Below the pieces are notes generated by a model. That model made no database searches, had not been told where the DNA came from, and worked only from the letters and a program-made list of their open reading frames with translations. Positions 13,053-24,843 of a stretch of DNA of 28,798 nt are shown piece by piece. Each line of letters opens with the position of its first letter. Within the stretch, counting starts at the first letter, position 1. The position numbers were made by a program, and so were the translations under genes. Source of the stretch: Octopus sinensis (lineage: Eukaryota); NCBI RefSeq assembly GCF_006345805.1, contig NW_021833514.1, positions 1 to 28,798 on the forward strand, read 5' to 3'.

Positions 13053-13815
13053 TGTATTATAAAATCTATCAGATATGAGGCAGAAGTTACAACAACCCTA
13101 AATAATAATACATCAGATAAGAAGACCTATACTGGATTATGTGAAAGAGAATTTAAAAATCGCTATGTCAATCAAATAGTCTCCGGCATAAGGACAAAAG
13201 CAAAGCTACTCAGTTGGCTAACTACGTATGGAGTTTGAAAGTTAACGAAACACCAGATGTGATTAGGTGGAAAATAATTTAGAAATCCCTACCTTATGTT
13301 AATAGATCGAATAAATGTAGGCTTTGTTTAGCTGAAAGAGCGCAAATCTTGTTCAAATCCCTAACTCTCTACTGAATTCTAGGTCTGAAATTTTCAGGAG
13401 TTGCAAGCATATGTATAAACATATTTTGAAGAATTGGAAAATTTCGCATATTCCTGATTAACTTGTTGATATATTTCCAGCCTTATAATTTAAAATCTAA
13501 GGAGGATAAGTATTTAATCTTTTTTACTGTTTACCTTTTACATTTTACTTTTTGTATTTTTGTTTTCTGTTTTTCGTTTTCCGCTTTTGTAACCTTCTGC
13601 GTTTTGTATATGCTGCCTTCTCAGTTTTTTTTCCCGTTTCTTCTATTATTCAATTTTTTTAGTTCGTTATAATATGTGGTTTGTGCCTGATGAATATGTT
13701 CGAGATATTTCTCAACATATGAAACTATTAGTAGCACTTGAATACATGTATTGTGTCCTTTAAATAAATAATATTTATCTTTCACCAGATTGAGTGCTTT
13801 TTTGTTGAATTTTCT
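13053..13815 (+). mobile_element. Penelope-like element 3' part: GIY-YIG endonuclease relic (13053-13461) plus pLTR/3' UTR carrying an HHR
   Basis: CIIKSIRYEAEVTT...KKTYTGLCEREFKNRYVN [fs] RHKDKSKATQLANYVWSLK...IRWKII*...NKCRLCLAERAQILFK [fs] LNSRSEIFRSCKHMYKHIL, matching the PLE endonuclease C-terminus. Confidence 0.85.
13683..13737 (+). ncRNA. Type I hammerhead ribozyme motif
   Basis: Stem I GUGC/GCAC with a distal extension. CUGAUGA 13687-13693. Stem II AUAUGUU/AACAUAU plus GAGA/UCUC. GAAA 13721-13724. Stem III ACUAUUAGU. Triplet GUA, cleavage after 13733. Confidence 0.85.
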
Positions 13816-13816
13816 A

Positions 13817-14503
13817 TAACAGAACGAGAACAATGAAGAAGTTTCAATGATAATAATAATGCAATACGAATGTATTACTTTCCAGTAAAAGATAGCCCAT
13901 AAGGGTAAAATTATACATGTAAAAGTAAATAAATGGTACAACAAGGCACCGATATTTACTGGAAAATAGCAATCGTAAATATCGGTGCCTTGCTGTACCA
14001 TTTATTTATTTTTATATGTATAATTTTACCCTTACGGGCTATCTTTTACTGGAAAGTAATACAATCGTATTGCATTATTATTTTCATTGAAACTTTTTCA
14101 CTGTTCTCGTTCTGTTAACGTTTTGGCGTTCAGACGAGTGTACTGGCATAGATGTGGCAACATTTGAAATCTTGTCTAGGTAAATGCAGCTGATGAAGAC
14201 TAATCAAATCTACGTTGTCAAACGTATTTGAAGAGTCAGAAACCGGTCCTGCATTATCCGATTCTAGGTTCTCCATTTATCAGATGTTCTTCCTAGAGGT
14301 AAGACAAATTTTTTTCATGCTTGTTGCACACGCGCGTCTTTGCTAGTATATACGCAGTGAATCTATACAATAGCGTCATATTTATTACGATTGCTATTCT
14401 CCAGTAAATATTGGTGCCTTGTTGTACCATTTATTTACTTTTATATGTATAATTTTACCCTTATGGGCTATCTTTTACTGAAAGTAATACATTCGTATTA
14501 CAT
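13817..14503 (+). mobile_element. HHR-containing ~429 bp unit with partial direct repeat and an inverted copy at its 5' side; Penelope pLTR/retrozyme-like
   Basis: Inverted repeat arms 13817-13959 and 13975-14117 (143 bp, 8 mismatches counted). A direct repeat starts at 13975 and again at 14404. Ends in (TA)n. Confidence 0.8.
14183..14255 (+). ncRNA. Type I hammerhead ribozyme motif
   Basis: Stem I AAUGCAG/CUGCAUU (7 bp). CUGAUGA 14190-14196. Stem II GACU/AGUC, CAAA/UUUG and UACGUU/AACGUA, with A.A at its base. GAAA 14239-14242. Stem III palindrome ACCGGU. GUC, cleavage after 14248. Confidence 0.75.
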
Positions 14504-14509
14504 ATATAT

Positions 14510-14542
<33 letters not shown>

Positions 14543-14735
14543 TGAGTAGTTGAATGAATTATCTTATTATGGATAATTCGGTTAACCGATACCTGGGTAG
14601 CAAATTCACGTCAGAAGAACACGATTGAAGCTACATGCCTAGAGCAGAGATCACGTGCTTTCGTGTGGAAATTTGTGTGTTTTTTTAAATACAAATAAAT
14701 GAAAGAATGGAGTTGAATGACGAATTAACAAAATC

Positions 14736-14830
14736 CCTTTATTTTCGACATATGTTTCGAAGGCTGCATATTCCTAATTTCGAAGGAATAAGGGGTGCAT
14801 TATGCCGCCTTCTCATCAGGAAAAACAAGG
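14736..14830 (-). ncRNA. Type I hammerhead ribozyme motif (canonical core)
   Basis: On the minus strand: stem I UUUUC/GAAAA, 2x2 loop, CCUU/AAGG. CUGAUGA (14819-14813). Stem II GAAGGC/GCCUUC plus UAUUCCU/AGGAAUA. GAAA (14758-14755). Stem III ACAUAUGU. GUC with C17 at 14747. Confidence 0.9.
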
Positions 14831-14989
14831 AACTTATGTCAACATCAAGATGCACAAAAACTTTTGGATGACTGCCCACACGGAGCCCATAGCGATAATG
14901 AGTGTTTCTTTAAAATATTCCGTTATAAGCAGTGACGTCAAAAATGGTTGAATGTAGAAGATTCAGTATATATACTGTGTATATATACT

Positions 14990-15185
<196 letters not shown>

Positions 15186-15731
15186 TGTATGTATGTATGT
15201 ATGCATGTATGTATGTATGTATATGCATATATAATCCATATTGTATTATATTATGTTATATTATGTTATAGTATATTGTATAATATATATTATAGATTAT
15301 ATATTTATACGCGCACTCTTACGCTGTAAGATCTAGCATAGCGTTAATCCTTTTAGCGCTGATTGCAAAAATACTTCTTTTTTCTTTTTTTTTGGGGAGG
15401 GGGTTAATATATTCAGTAGGTTAACACTCATTGTCATCATCATCACGTATCATACGATTTTACAGCGCGTTGATGACACTCCAACGAAAGTCGTCCCGGC
15501 TAGGCGCCAATTATCCCATCGTATGAAGCCATAGAATTATTTCGTTCTGACTTTCTCAGAGTGTTTTTTTCGTTAGAGATATTGGGGTGGTTTTTCATCG
15601 CCTTCCCCAATGTTAAAACTACATTAGCAAAATATTTGCTATCTGCAAAAAAAAAACTGTTTAATACTTATGTATACTGCCAGAAAACCAAATTGTGTAT
15701 AAATCTATGCATATGTGTAAGTGTATATATA

Positions 15732-15767
<36 letters not shown>

Positions 15768-16330
15768 CGAATTACTTCCTAAATTCTTGGCCAAGATTCG
15801 AAACCCAGTCTAGATTTTTCTACGAATTCCTTACTGTTGTTCTCGGTATTTGCACTAAAACATTTATGAGAGTCAACTTTCCCATAGAAATAAGTTCTAT
15901 TCTTTAACAAACCATTTGCGGGTGCCAAAAGTCCATACAAGACAACAGAGGAAAAGTACTTTGTTCGACCTGACCTAATTTAGTTATGAAAAATATAAAT
16001 ACAGTACCCGGATTTAATTCGACCTTTTTTTCGCCTGGCGGCTGTCCAAAATTTCCCGTGAGGAATGACTTATCACCACGGGTCTATTCAGCTTTCACCT
16101 TCTTTTCTTATCAACTCAGAAAGGTAAATTCTTTTACTCGTTCTCTCTCCTTCTTACATTCGTCTTCTAGCAGTTACTCACATATGAACTTCTACCTACA
16201 GCATGGATAACAGAAATGCAAATATTTTTTGTATCACAGCAACTCGAAGTTTTATCCTACACTGTAACGATAAAATAAAGGCAATATCAAACTAATATTT
16301 TTCCTCTCGTTTATTTGGTGCATATATTCG

Positions 16331-16382
<52 letters not shown>

Positions 16383-16466
16383 GTATGTATATTTATATTT
16401 ATATATTTTGAATTATATTATGTATATTCATACATCTATTTCTATGTGTGCGTGTATGTATGTACA

Positions 16467-16506
<40 letters not shown>

Positions 16507-16540
16507 CACACCACACACACACACACACACACACACATAT

Positions 16541-16579
<39 letters not shown>

Positions 16580-16786
16580 CACATACATACATATATATAT
16601 AATATTGACTGATGATACAGTATGGACGGATTTTGGAAGTCCAATAATACCCTGCACACCTATTTGATTACGAAGATTTGCAAACATACTTTCTCAGTGA
16701 AACTCAATATACCTACCATTATAGATAATAGCAAATGTTCCTTTTCGGACTTTTCATAATGTGATACTTTGGTATAGCAATTGCAT

Positions 16787-16878
16787 GCGGCTGAAGAGAG
16801 CTTTAAACCATCTGTTATGTCGATTATACATTGATGTAAGAATAGGTTGTTTTATAAAGCTTGAAACACGTGTACTGC
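16787..16878 (+). ncRNA. Type I hammerhead ribozyme motif
   Basis: Stem I GCGG/CUGC. CUGAAGA 16791-16797. Stem II GAGCUUUA/UAAAGCUU (8 bp) enclosing ~49 nt. GAAA 16863-16866. Stem III ACACGUGU. GUA, cleavage after 16874. Confidence 0.8.
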
Positions 16879-16927
16879 GACATCCTTTGTGTTCTGTTTT
16901 TTTATTTCATTTTCTTTATTTCATTTG

Positions 16928-16971
<44 letters not shown>

Positions 16972-17957
16972 AGTATGAATAATTAAAAGTATGTTATATT
17001 CATAAAAAAGAAAGTACAAAAGCCGAATAGCGGGCTCAGTAAGTGTGTAATGTCTAGCTTCGATGTCACTGTCAATTACGCATACTTATTTTGTAAATAA
17101 CATCTAAAAGAACGTAGCTTCGACCAGGAGAAACTGATGCCATCAAACGGCAGTCAACGATCATCGGGTGTTTCGACCCTGAACCACAACATCCTCCCAT
17201 TTGTGGCCAAATCACTGCTCATCACGCCACACCTACCCGGCTTCCAGCTTAACTCATTTCTCTAGCTACATAACCAAGAAGAGACTCTTCCTGCTACCTT
17301 TCCCATCCTGCGCACAGCCACCCTTTGTCCTTTTCCTTTTATTCTAAGGGCTGCAAGCATCATCCATATTGACTGGGTAGAGAATCCCCTACACCCAGCC
17401 ATTTGTTTTGTTAGAAAATATGAATAGATTATTGAAGAATTTTTTTTTTCATTTTAGTCCGACTTTAGTATGTGTAGAAAACCGTTCTTTCTGTTCCTGC
17501 ATTCTCTATTCTTTATTAAACAAAGGAGGTAGTTTTCAAGTGCATCTAAGTTTTTATTTTATGTTTGAAATCTTTAAGACTCGAATCCAGGGACATTTCC
17601 CTCTCGAGTAATTTCATTATCTCTCGCAGGAGTCACACTGCCATTCTACATGTTCTATCGCTCTTTCTTATTCTCGACGATTGTTTCTAAGCAGACTTAT
17701 ATGTTTGAATGTATATTACATAGTCTATTGACTATTTTTTCTTTCTCACTTGACCGCTGGCAGCGAAGAATTTTTCTAGAATTTTTTACTACCCTAAAAT
17801 TTATTAATTAATGATTTTTTGGCTAATTTTGAAATTAAATCGGCAGTTTATATTTACTGCTGAGAAAACCGCGCGAGTGTGGTGGATTTTGAAAAGTTAT
17901 AGCATATAGACTCGAGGCATGGTTATTATCGCCTCGTGACTATATGGTAGTCCTTGG

Positions 17958-18041
17958 CTTTCTGCTGAAGAGGCAACGCCAGTCGTAAATAAATTTATTT
18001 TATTTACGAAAGATTGCCGAAACTATGCATAGTCCAGAAAG
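17958..18041 (+). ncRNA. Type I hammerhead ribozyme motif (canonical core)
   Basis: Stem I CUUUCUG/CAGAAAG (7 bp). CUGAAGA 17965-17971. Stem II GGCAA/UUGCC plus an 11 bp UCGUAAAUAAA/UUUAUUUACGA helix. GAAA 18019-18022. Stem III 12-nt palindrome ACUAUGCAUAGU. GUC, cleavage after 18034. Confidence 0.92.
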
Positions 18042-18208
18042 GAGAGGGTAAACGTTTTTATTTCTCTTTCCATTTCAGAATTACAATTATCACTGGTTTG
18101 GAGTTTAACTGCTCTCTCTAGTGAGTCGGATGTCCCATTATGGCCATCCCTTATATGTTTAAATATCTATATGTATATATAAATAAAATATATATATATA
18201 TATATAAT

Positions 18209-18766
<558 letters not shown>

Positions 18767-19323
18767 TATATATATATGTGTGTGTATTGTATATATATGT
18801 AGGAATGGAGAATACTGAAAAAAGTAGGAAAGGGAAGGTTCAGTGGTAAGGCATGAGGAAGACCATATGTATAATGGCAAAAGACTAATTCTAGTGAAGA
18901 CCTCCAATGTGGGATAGAATTATCAGATAGCGACAAAGGGTAGGGTGGGATGGCGTTTGAAGGTTGCAAACAAGATAGAGGAATTCTTCTGCAATGGCAG
19001 TTTGGTGTAGTGGTTCAAGCACGGTGTATGGAGGGAAGAGAATTATTCCAAGTATTAGGAGGGAAGCTATAGGGTAGAGATCAGGGGTTAACTTCAACGG
19101 GTTATAATGGTGCCAGCTACAGAAGTAGTATTGAAAATTTAAGTTCATTAAGAGTGAATAAAATATTAAGTTATCACTTGATTCAAATAAGGTGGAATAA
19201 AACGGATTAAGATAAAATAAAATAGAATAAAGTCAAATAAAAATAAGAATAAAATAAAACAAAATAAAGTAAGGTAAATAAATATTAATTAATTAATTTA
19301 ACTAGTGTTTAATTTAAGTTGGT

Positions 19324-19496
19324 AGGCGTGGGAGAGGCTGTGTGGTAAGTAGCTTGCTTACGAACCACATGGTCCCGGGTTCAGTCCCACTGCGTGGCAC
19401 CTTGGGCAAGTCCCTTCTACTATAGCCTCGAGCCGACCAAAGCCTTGTGAGTGGATTTGGTAGACAAAAACTGAAAGAAGCCCGTCGTATATATGG

Positions 19497-19533
<37 letters not shown>

Positions 19534-19783
19534 ATATATATATTATGTATGTATGTATGTGTATTTTTGCGTGTCTGCGTTTGTCCTCCCAACATCGCTT
19601 GACAACCGATGCTGGTGTGTTTACGTCCCCGTAACTTAGCGGTTCGGCAAAAGAGACCGATAGAATAAGTACTAGGCTTCCAAAGAATAAGTCCTGGGGT
19701 TGATTTGCTCAACTAAAGGCGGTGCTCTAGCATGGCCACAGTCAAATGACTGAAACAAGTAAAAGAGTAAAAGAGTAAAAGAA
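19324..19783 (+). mobile_element. tRNA-derived CORE-like SINE, family A, full length
   Basis: A-box-like ggctgtgtggt, B box ggttcagtccc (19378-19388), gcaccttgggcaagt (19397-19411), internal (TA)n, and an (agtaaaag)n tail. Confidence 0.9.
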
Positions 19784-20150
19784 TATATAAAATATGAGCT
19801 AGGTAAAGAATGAAAATATAAGCGGTCTTTATAGGGGTTAAGTGGTGTATGACGAGGTAAGATAAGAAGAAAAGAAAATAAGCTAAGGTAAATATACTAA
19901 GTAATTTTAATAAGTATATCTCAACTTGTTTAAATGAAAGTAATATGTAAGATAATTATACAGGGGGACTCATCTTACTGCATTTGCATTTTTGGTAAAA
20001 TCGAAAGGTATTAAAGAATTTATGAACACAAGAGGAGAAACCTTCGTGTTATTTGTTTAATAATTTTGTTGGATTATGGGATTGTATTTGTATAGATCCT
20101 TTCAAAAATAACAAACACAGAACATTTTGGCCCTGGCATGGTGAATAATA

Positions 20151-20153
<3 letters not shown>

Positions 20154-20223
<70 letters not shown>
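20154..20223. repeat. (TAA)n microsatellite
   Basis: Direct reading of the sequence. Confidence 0.95.
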
Positions 20224-20228
<5 letters not shown>

Positions 20229-20634
20229 CAAGGAGATAACATCGGTGATGTTTAACATGTGAGAACGATAAAAACACCGCTCCGAAATCTATCCAAAAGC
20301 ATCGGGAATAAAGACAAGAAATGGAACGTAAAATAACTGACAAAGTGTTGAACTATATCCGAGTAAGTAATACTCATTGAAATTTATCTCTGTTTTCCAA
20401 ATGAAATGATGTATTTTAACTGTGTATCTTCTCCATCACTCTCCATCACTTGTGTAAACACGTTCGCCACATTACGATCCAATCAATATCAGTCCGACTC
20501 CGTCCCCAACCATCATACACACAAAAAAAAAATGAAAAATAAATTCATTAATACCCGTACTATTCAACCTAAGGATAACAAACGGGAAGTAATACTTTAA
20601 GCTTGTTACACATAAAATACGAAAAACTACGGAG

Positions 20635-22327
20635 CATGACTGTCAGGTGATAAAAGATGATGGAGGCGATGTACACAATCTCCACTTCTACCCAATCTTT
20701 CAGGGACAGCTTTTTGTTTCATCCCATTTTTTGGGTAAGACTGGCCACCCTGTTCGTCACTTCGTCCCAGTTCTTATCCACCGAACCAGGACTGCGAGCA
20801 GTTTAACTGGTCCGTCAGTCCAACGTCTAACAACGTCGTCCGATGTCGTAGACCAACCTCTCTAAGTGCCTAGTCGCAAGACGACCGATTTGTCACTATT
20901 GATTTTGGCCCCTAAAACAACTTGTATTTCTGGGGGGACAGGTGCCGACCGTCTCCACTTCGGACATGTTCGATACCGAGACGGTGACGTCACTCGCGTA
21001 CACCGACACTGCCCATTCGTGTCCCAGTTCCAAAGGGGTGCAGCTCAACTGTTCCAACTTCCACAGCAATGGCTCGAGTGCCAGCATGTATAAAAGACGC
21101 GATAGCAGGTAGTCCTGACGGACCGAGTGTGCGATACAAAACGGTTCCGATTTGACCACTGAGCAGGTGCCGTTGTCAATTTTAACGATCCAGCTCCTGA
21201 AAACGGGTTTGAAACCAACCACTTTCAAGACAACTTCCAAGTAGCGATGGTGGACCCAATCGAATGCTTTGGAGTGATTCAAATGGATCAGAGCTCAACT
21301 GAAGCCATCTTTAGTCGTAACTCTGTCTATGATGTATCGTATGACGTGGAGGTTGTCGTAGATAGACTTGTTCGGGATGCGCGCATTTGTACTTCCCCGA
21401 CCAGACGACAAGCGCCAATCTTTTCGCTAACATCTTGACCAAAACCTTAAATTCTGTGTTTAGCAGGGGTATGTGCCGAAAATTCCCTATCACGTCCCCT
21501 TTGTCAGCACCCTTCATCAGCAACGTTACCACATCCCGGCTAACAGCACTAGGAATTCTCCCATTCTGCAGCCACTTGCGATGGACGTCTGCTAAGATTC
21601 CGCCAAAAAAACTGACATGAACTCATAGAATTCATAAGGCAGGCTATCAAAACCAGGTGATTTGTGACTTGTGCAATTGCTCATCGCTTCCTGTACTTCG
21701 GTGGCCGTTATCGGCCCTTCGCAGGACCTCGCTTCTGCAGCAGAAAACCGCGGCATGCTGTCCATGTATAAACGAAGGTCCGCTCCCATCGTCGATCTAT
21801 CTAACTTCCCAAATGGTCGCAAGAAATGCTGTTGGAAAGCCGTACACATTTGCTCGGAACCGAGTAGCACTCGTCCGTCCCAATTTGTTGTTACGTTACG
21901 CGTCTGTTCCAGTTTGTTGCCACGATACGTCTCCACCGTTCGGGTCCATCTGACAGCTTTAGTTACTTCACGTTTGAGTGTACGGACCTTAGCCCTGACA
22001 ACGCAGCCTCCGTGTTTCGCCTCAAAAAATGAAGAGCCATTTTCGCCGCTGGTGCGTCGATTGCGATGCCTTTACCAAACGCCTCTTCCAGTTTTCTAAT
22101 TAGTTCTCGCACTAATATATTTATTTAGTTCTATTATTAGTTCTTTGCTAAACGCTACCGATTCTACACTAATCGTCCTCTTTAGTCCTCTTTCGTGCAA
22201 TCCAGCACCTGTTGTTGACGACTGCTGTCAACTGCCGCTTGACTAGCTCATAAATCCGGCCCCTGTGGTCTTTGCATGCTGTTAGGGACACGTTCAACTT
22301 CCAGTAACCGGGTCCGTCTCTACGGGT

Positions 22328-22329
<2 letters not shown>
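20635..22329 (-). mobile_element. L1/Tx1-clade LINE ORF2 fragment (post-endonuclease region and RT), pseudogenised
   Basis: GPGYWKLNVSL at the 5' end, then KSPGFDSLPYEFY, NFRHIPLLNTEFKVLVKMLAKRL, SKAFDWVHHRYL, VRQDYLLSRLLYMLALEPLL and GAKINSDKS. Multiple frameshifts. Confidence 0.9.
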
Positions 22330-22363
<34 letters not shown>

Positions 22364-23066
22364 TTGTGCAGATCACAAATTTATAGATTTTGTTAGCGTG
22401 CCAATTTGTATTGTGAACAACCTATGCTATCCTTATCCGCTGAGCTAACAAATATGCCATCCCTCATCAGATACATCTCCGAGACGGCACCATCATATCC
22501 GTTAGAGTAGGAAGGAAGGCCAAGAGTCACTCTCTTCTACCGACACCTAGGAATCCAGCAACGACAGTTACCAAAGCTCAAAAAGGAACATCATCATCAA
22601 CAACACAAGTTACAGCATCAACAGAAATAACAGAAAATCCAGCAACAACAACAATAACAGCCACTACAACACCATAGCAATAATGGATTCCACCAGGCAC
22701 CTCTCAGCTCCAATGAATGACGTGTCACTTCCCGATTCTGAACGATCAGACATAACGTGCAGAGAGTCTGACGAGAACGTGGAGTGGAAAACAAAAACTA
22801 AAAGAAGGAGAAAAGAAAAACAAATAAAAAACACAACGAATACACCTATCCACTCAATAAGAGGAGAGAAGAAAAAATAAAGGCTGTAAAGGAAAAAAAA
22901 AACACAGCAAACAAGCACTACATGACCACAAACACTTCAAGCGCATCTACAGCCAATATCACAAACGCAAACACGGACTTCACTTCCTACCTCAACGGAC
23001 TACTCCCGATCTCGGCGACGGAGGCGGAGCTGGACGTTACAACAGTCAGACGCTGGACTGCAACAG

Positions 23067-23700
23067 TGGCGACGAGGAACTAACAAACTCACGTGGAATT
23101 AACAAACACACGAGTATTAAACAAACTCACAAAAGATTTTTGTGCGAATTTTACAGTATACAAAATCGTAAAATTATGGAAGAAATGTCGGCCGGTTTAA
23201 CTCGAGATGCAAAAGCAACAACTACAATAACAACAACAGCAATAACAACGACTACAAGAACCACAACAACAACAATTACTGTTACAGTAAAAGTACTGCA
23301 ATTAATGAATAGTAAGTCGTCCAAAAAAGCTGAAAAGATGTTCTCGCCAGATTATGTTGCAAATTGAATAATGAAATTTAATTATGAAGACGAAGGAGTT
23401 ACTTTCGAGGTTTACAATAGAAGATACCAACAGATCTTCAACAAAGACAGAAAAGATTGTGACGACGATATGAAAATGCCTCTAATCCTTAGAAAACTTG
23501 CAACAGGAGAAACATGAGCGTTAGAGCCATGACGTACTCTCAAAAAAACCTTCTGATATAAACTTTAGAAACACAATAGACATGTTGTGTAAAATTTTTA
23601 GCAGGAAAAGCTCGTTGTTTAATACACGCTGGAAATGTTTGAACCTAGAAAAGAACAACGCGGAGGACTACATCACATATGCTTCCAGGAAAAATATGTT
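23067..23700 (+). mobile_element. Ty3/gypsy (K02A2.6/Mag-like) LTR retrotransposon relic: PBS and gag
   Basis: ...gcaaca-g-TGGCGACGAGG (PBS-like, 23067-23077). Then FSPDYVAN*IMKFNYEDEGVTFEVYNRRYQQIF...LILRKL [fs] KKPSDINFRNTIDMLCKIFSRKSSLFNTRWKCLNLEK...DYITYAS. Confidence 0.8.
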
Positions 23701-23989
23701 GTTAATAAAAACAAAGTATAACATAATATTTTACGTTTTCCACTACTGACGTTCGAGCTTCCTTCATGTTGCATATCTTGCATGCGTCCTTCTCTCATGC
23801 ATTCCATACGTATACTTATGCATATACACTATAGGGATATATGACATAACGATATGAACTCAATGCACGACATGCTACCTTAAAGATAGCGCGTTCGCAC
23901 TAATATATATATATATATGTATAATAAAAAGTAACAACAAAAAAATGAGACATCGATATTGGATAAATGCAGGATTACTTATATATGTT

Positions 23990-24150
23990 CTAATTTAGAA
24001 AAAAAAACAGTAAAAGGTCGTCTTTATAGGATTCGGAGTTTCGAATGTCGAAGCTAAGAGCTACGATGCATTCTCGTCGGCTCTTAATGGCAACAGACGC
24101 TATGAAAATCCGTTATATAAAAGGGAAGTTACTCTAATAGGAAGGAAAAT
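23990..24150 (-). repeat. Interspersed repeat with decayed HHR-like core, copy 1
   Basis: Aligns by eye to the reverse complement of 26945-27105. Confidence 0.7.
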
Positions 24151-24444
24151 GAAAAAAAGAAAAGGATAAAACACGCAAACATATTCTCACAATACATAGA
24201 CATAAACCGCCTACGTTCACAACGTCAACATATGTACACACTCACACAAACATGTATACGTACATGCGCATACACACACACAAACATATATGTGTATGTA
24301 CGTAGATACGCATATATGTATGTTTGTGTTGTGTGTGTGTGTGTGTGTGTGTGTGTGCATGTACGTATACATGTTTGTGTGATCGTGTACGTATGTAGAC
24401 ATTGTGAACGCAGGAGGTTTATATCTATGTATTGTGCGAATATG

Positions 24445-24843
24445 TTTACTCTTTACTCTTTTACTCTTTTACTCTTTTACTATTTTACAGCAGTCATTTG
24501 ACTGTGGCCATGCTGGAGCACCGCCTTTAGTCGAGCACATCGACCCCAGGACTTATTCTTTGTAAGCCTAGCACTTATTCTATCGGTCTCTTTTGCCGAA
24601 CCGCTAAGTGACGGGGACGTAAACACACTACCATCGGTTGTCAAGTGATGTTGGAGGATAAACACACACACACACACACACATACATATACATACATATA
24701 TACGACGGGCTTCTTTCAGTTTCCGTCTACCAAATCCATTCACAAGGCTTTGGTCGGCCCGATGTTATAGTAGAAGATACTTGCCCAAAGTGCCATGCAG
24801 TAGGACTGAACCCGGAACCATGTGGTTGGTAAGCAAGCTACTT
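24445..24843 (-). mobile_element. SINE family A, 3' portion (split by a 2 kb insertion)
   Basis: Body and part of the head up to gtaagcaagctactt. The remainder of the head resumes at 26859. Confidence 0.9.

Noticed and set aside
16600-16645. Second CTGATGA upstream of the 16787 HHR
   Set aside because: No GAAA or stem II at a suitable position.
17090-17400. Faint similarity to a PLE RT-thumb/linker (HLKERSFDQE...DAIKR; ILPFV)
   Set aside because: Too degenerate to support by eye. Would need tBLASTn or HMM confirmation.
18780-19150. Possible L2/CR1 3' relic on the minus strand (WNNSLPS)
   Set aside because: Single short motif only.
22455-22475. TCATCAG (minus-strand CUGAUGA), and CTGACGA at ~22768
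   Set aside because: The first has no GAAA partner and the second has no stem III or NUH.
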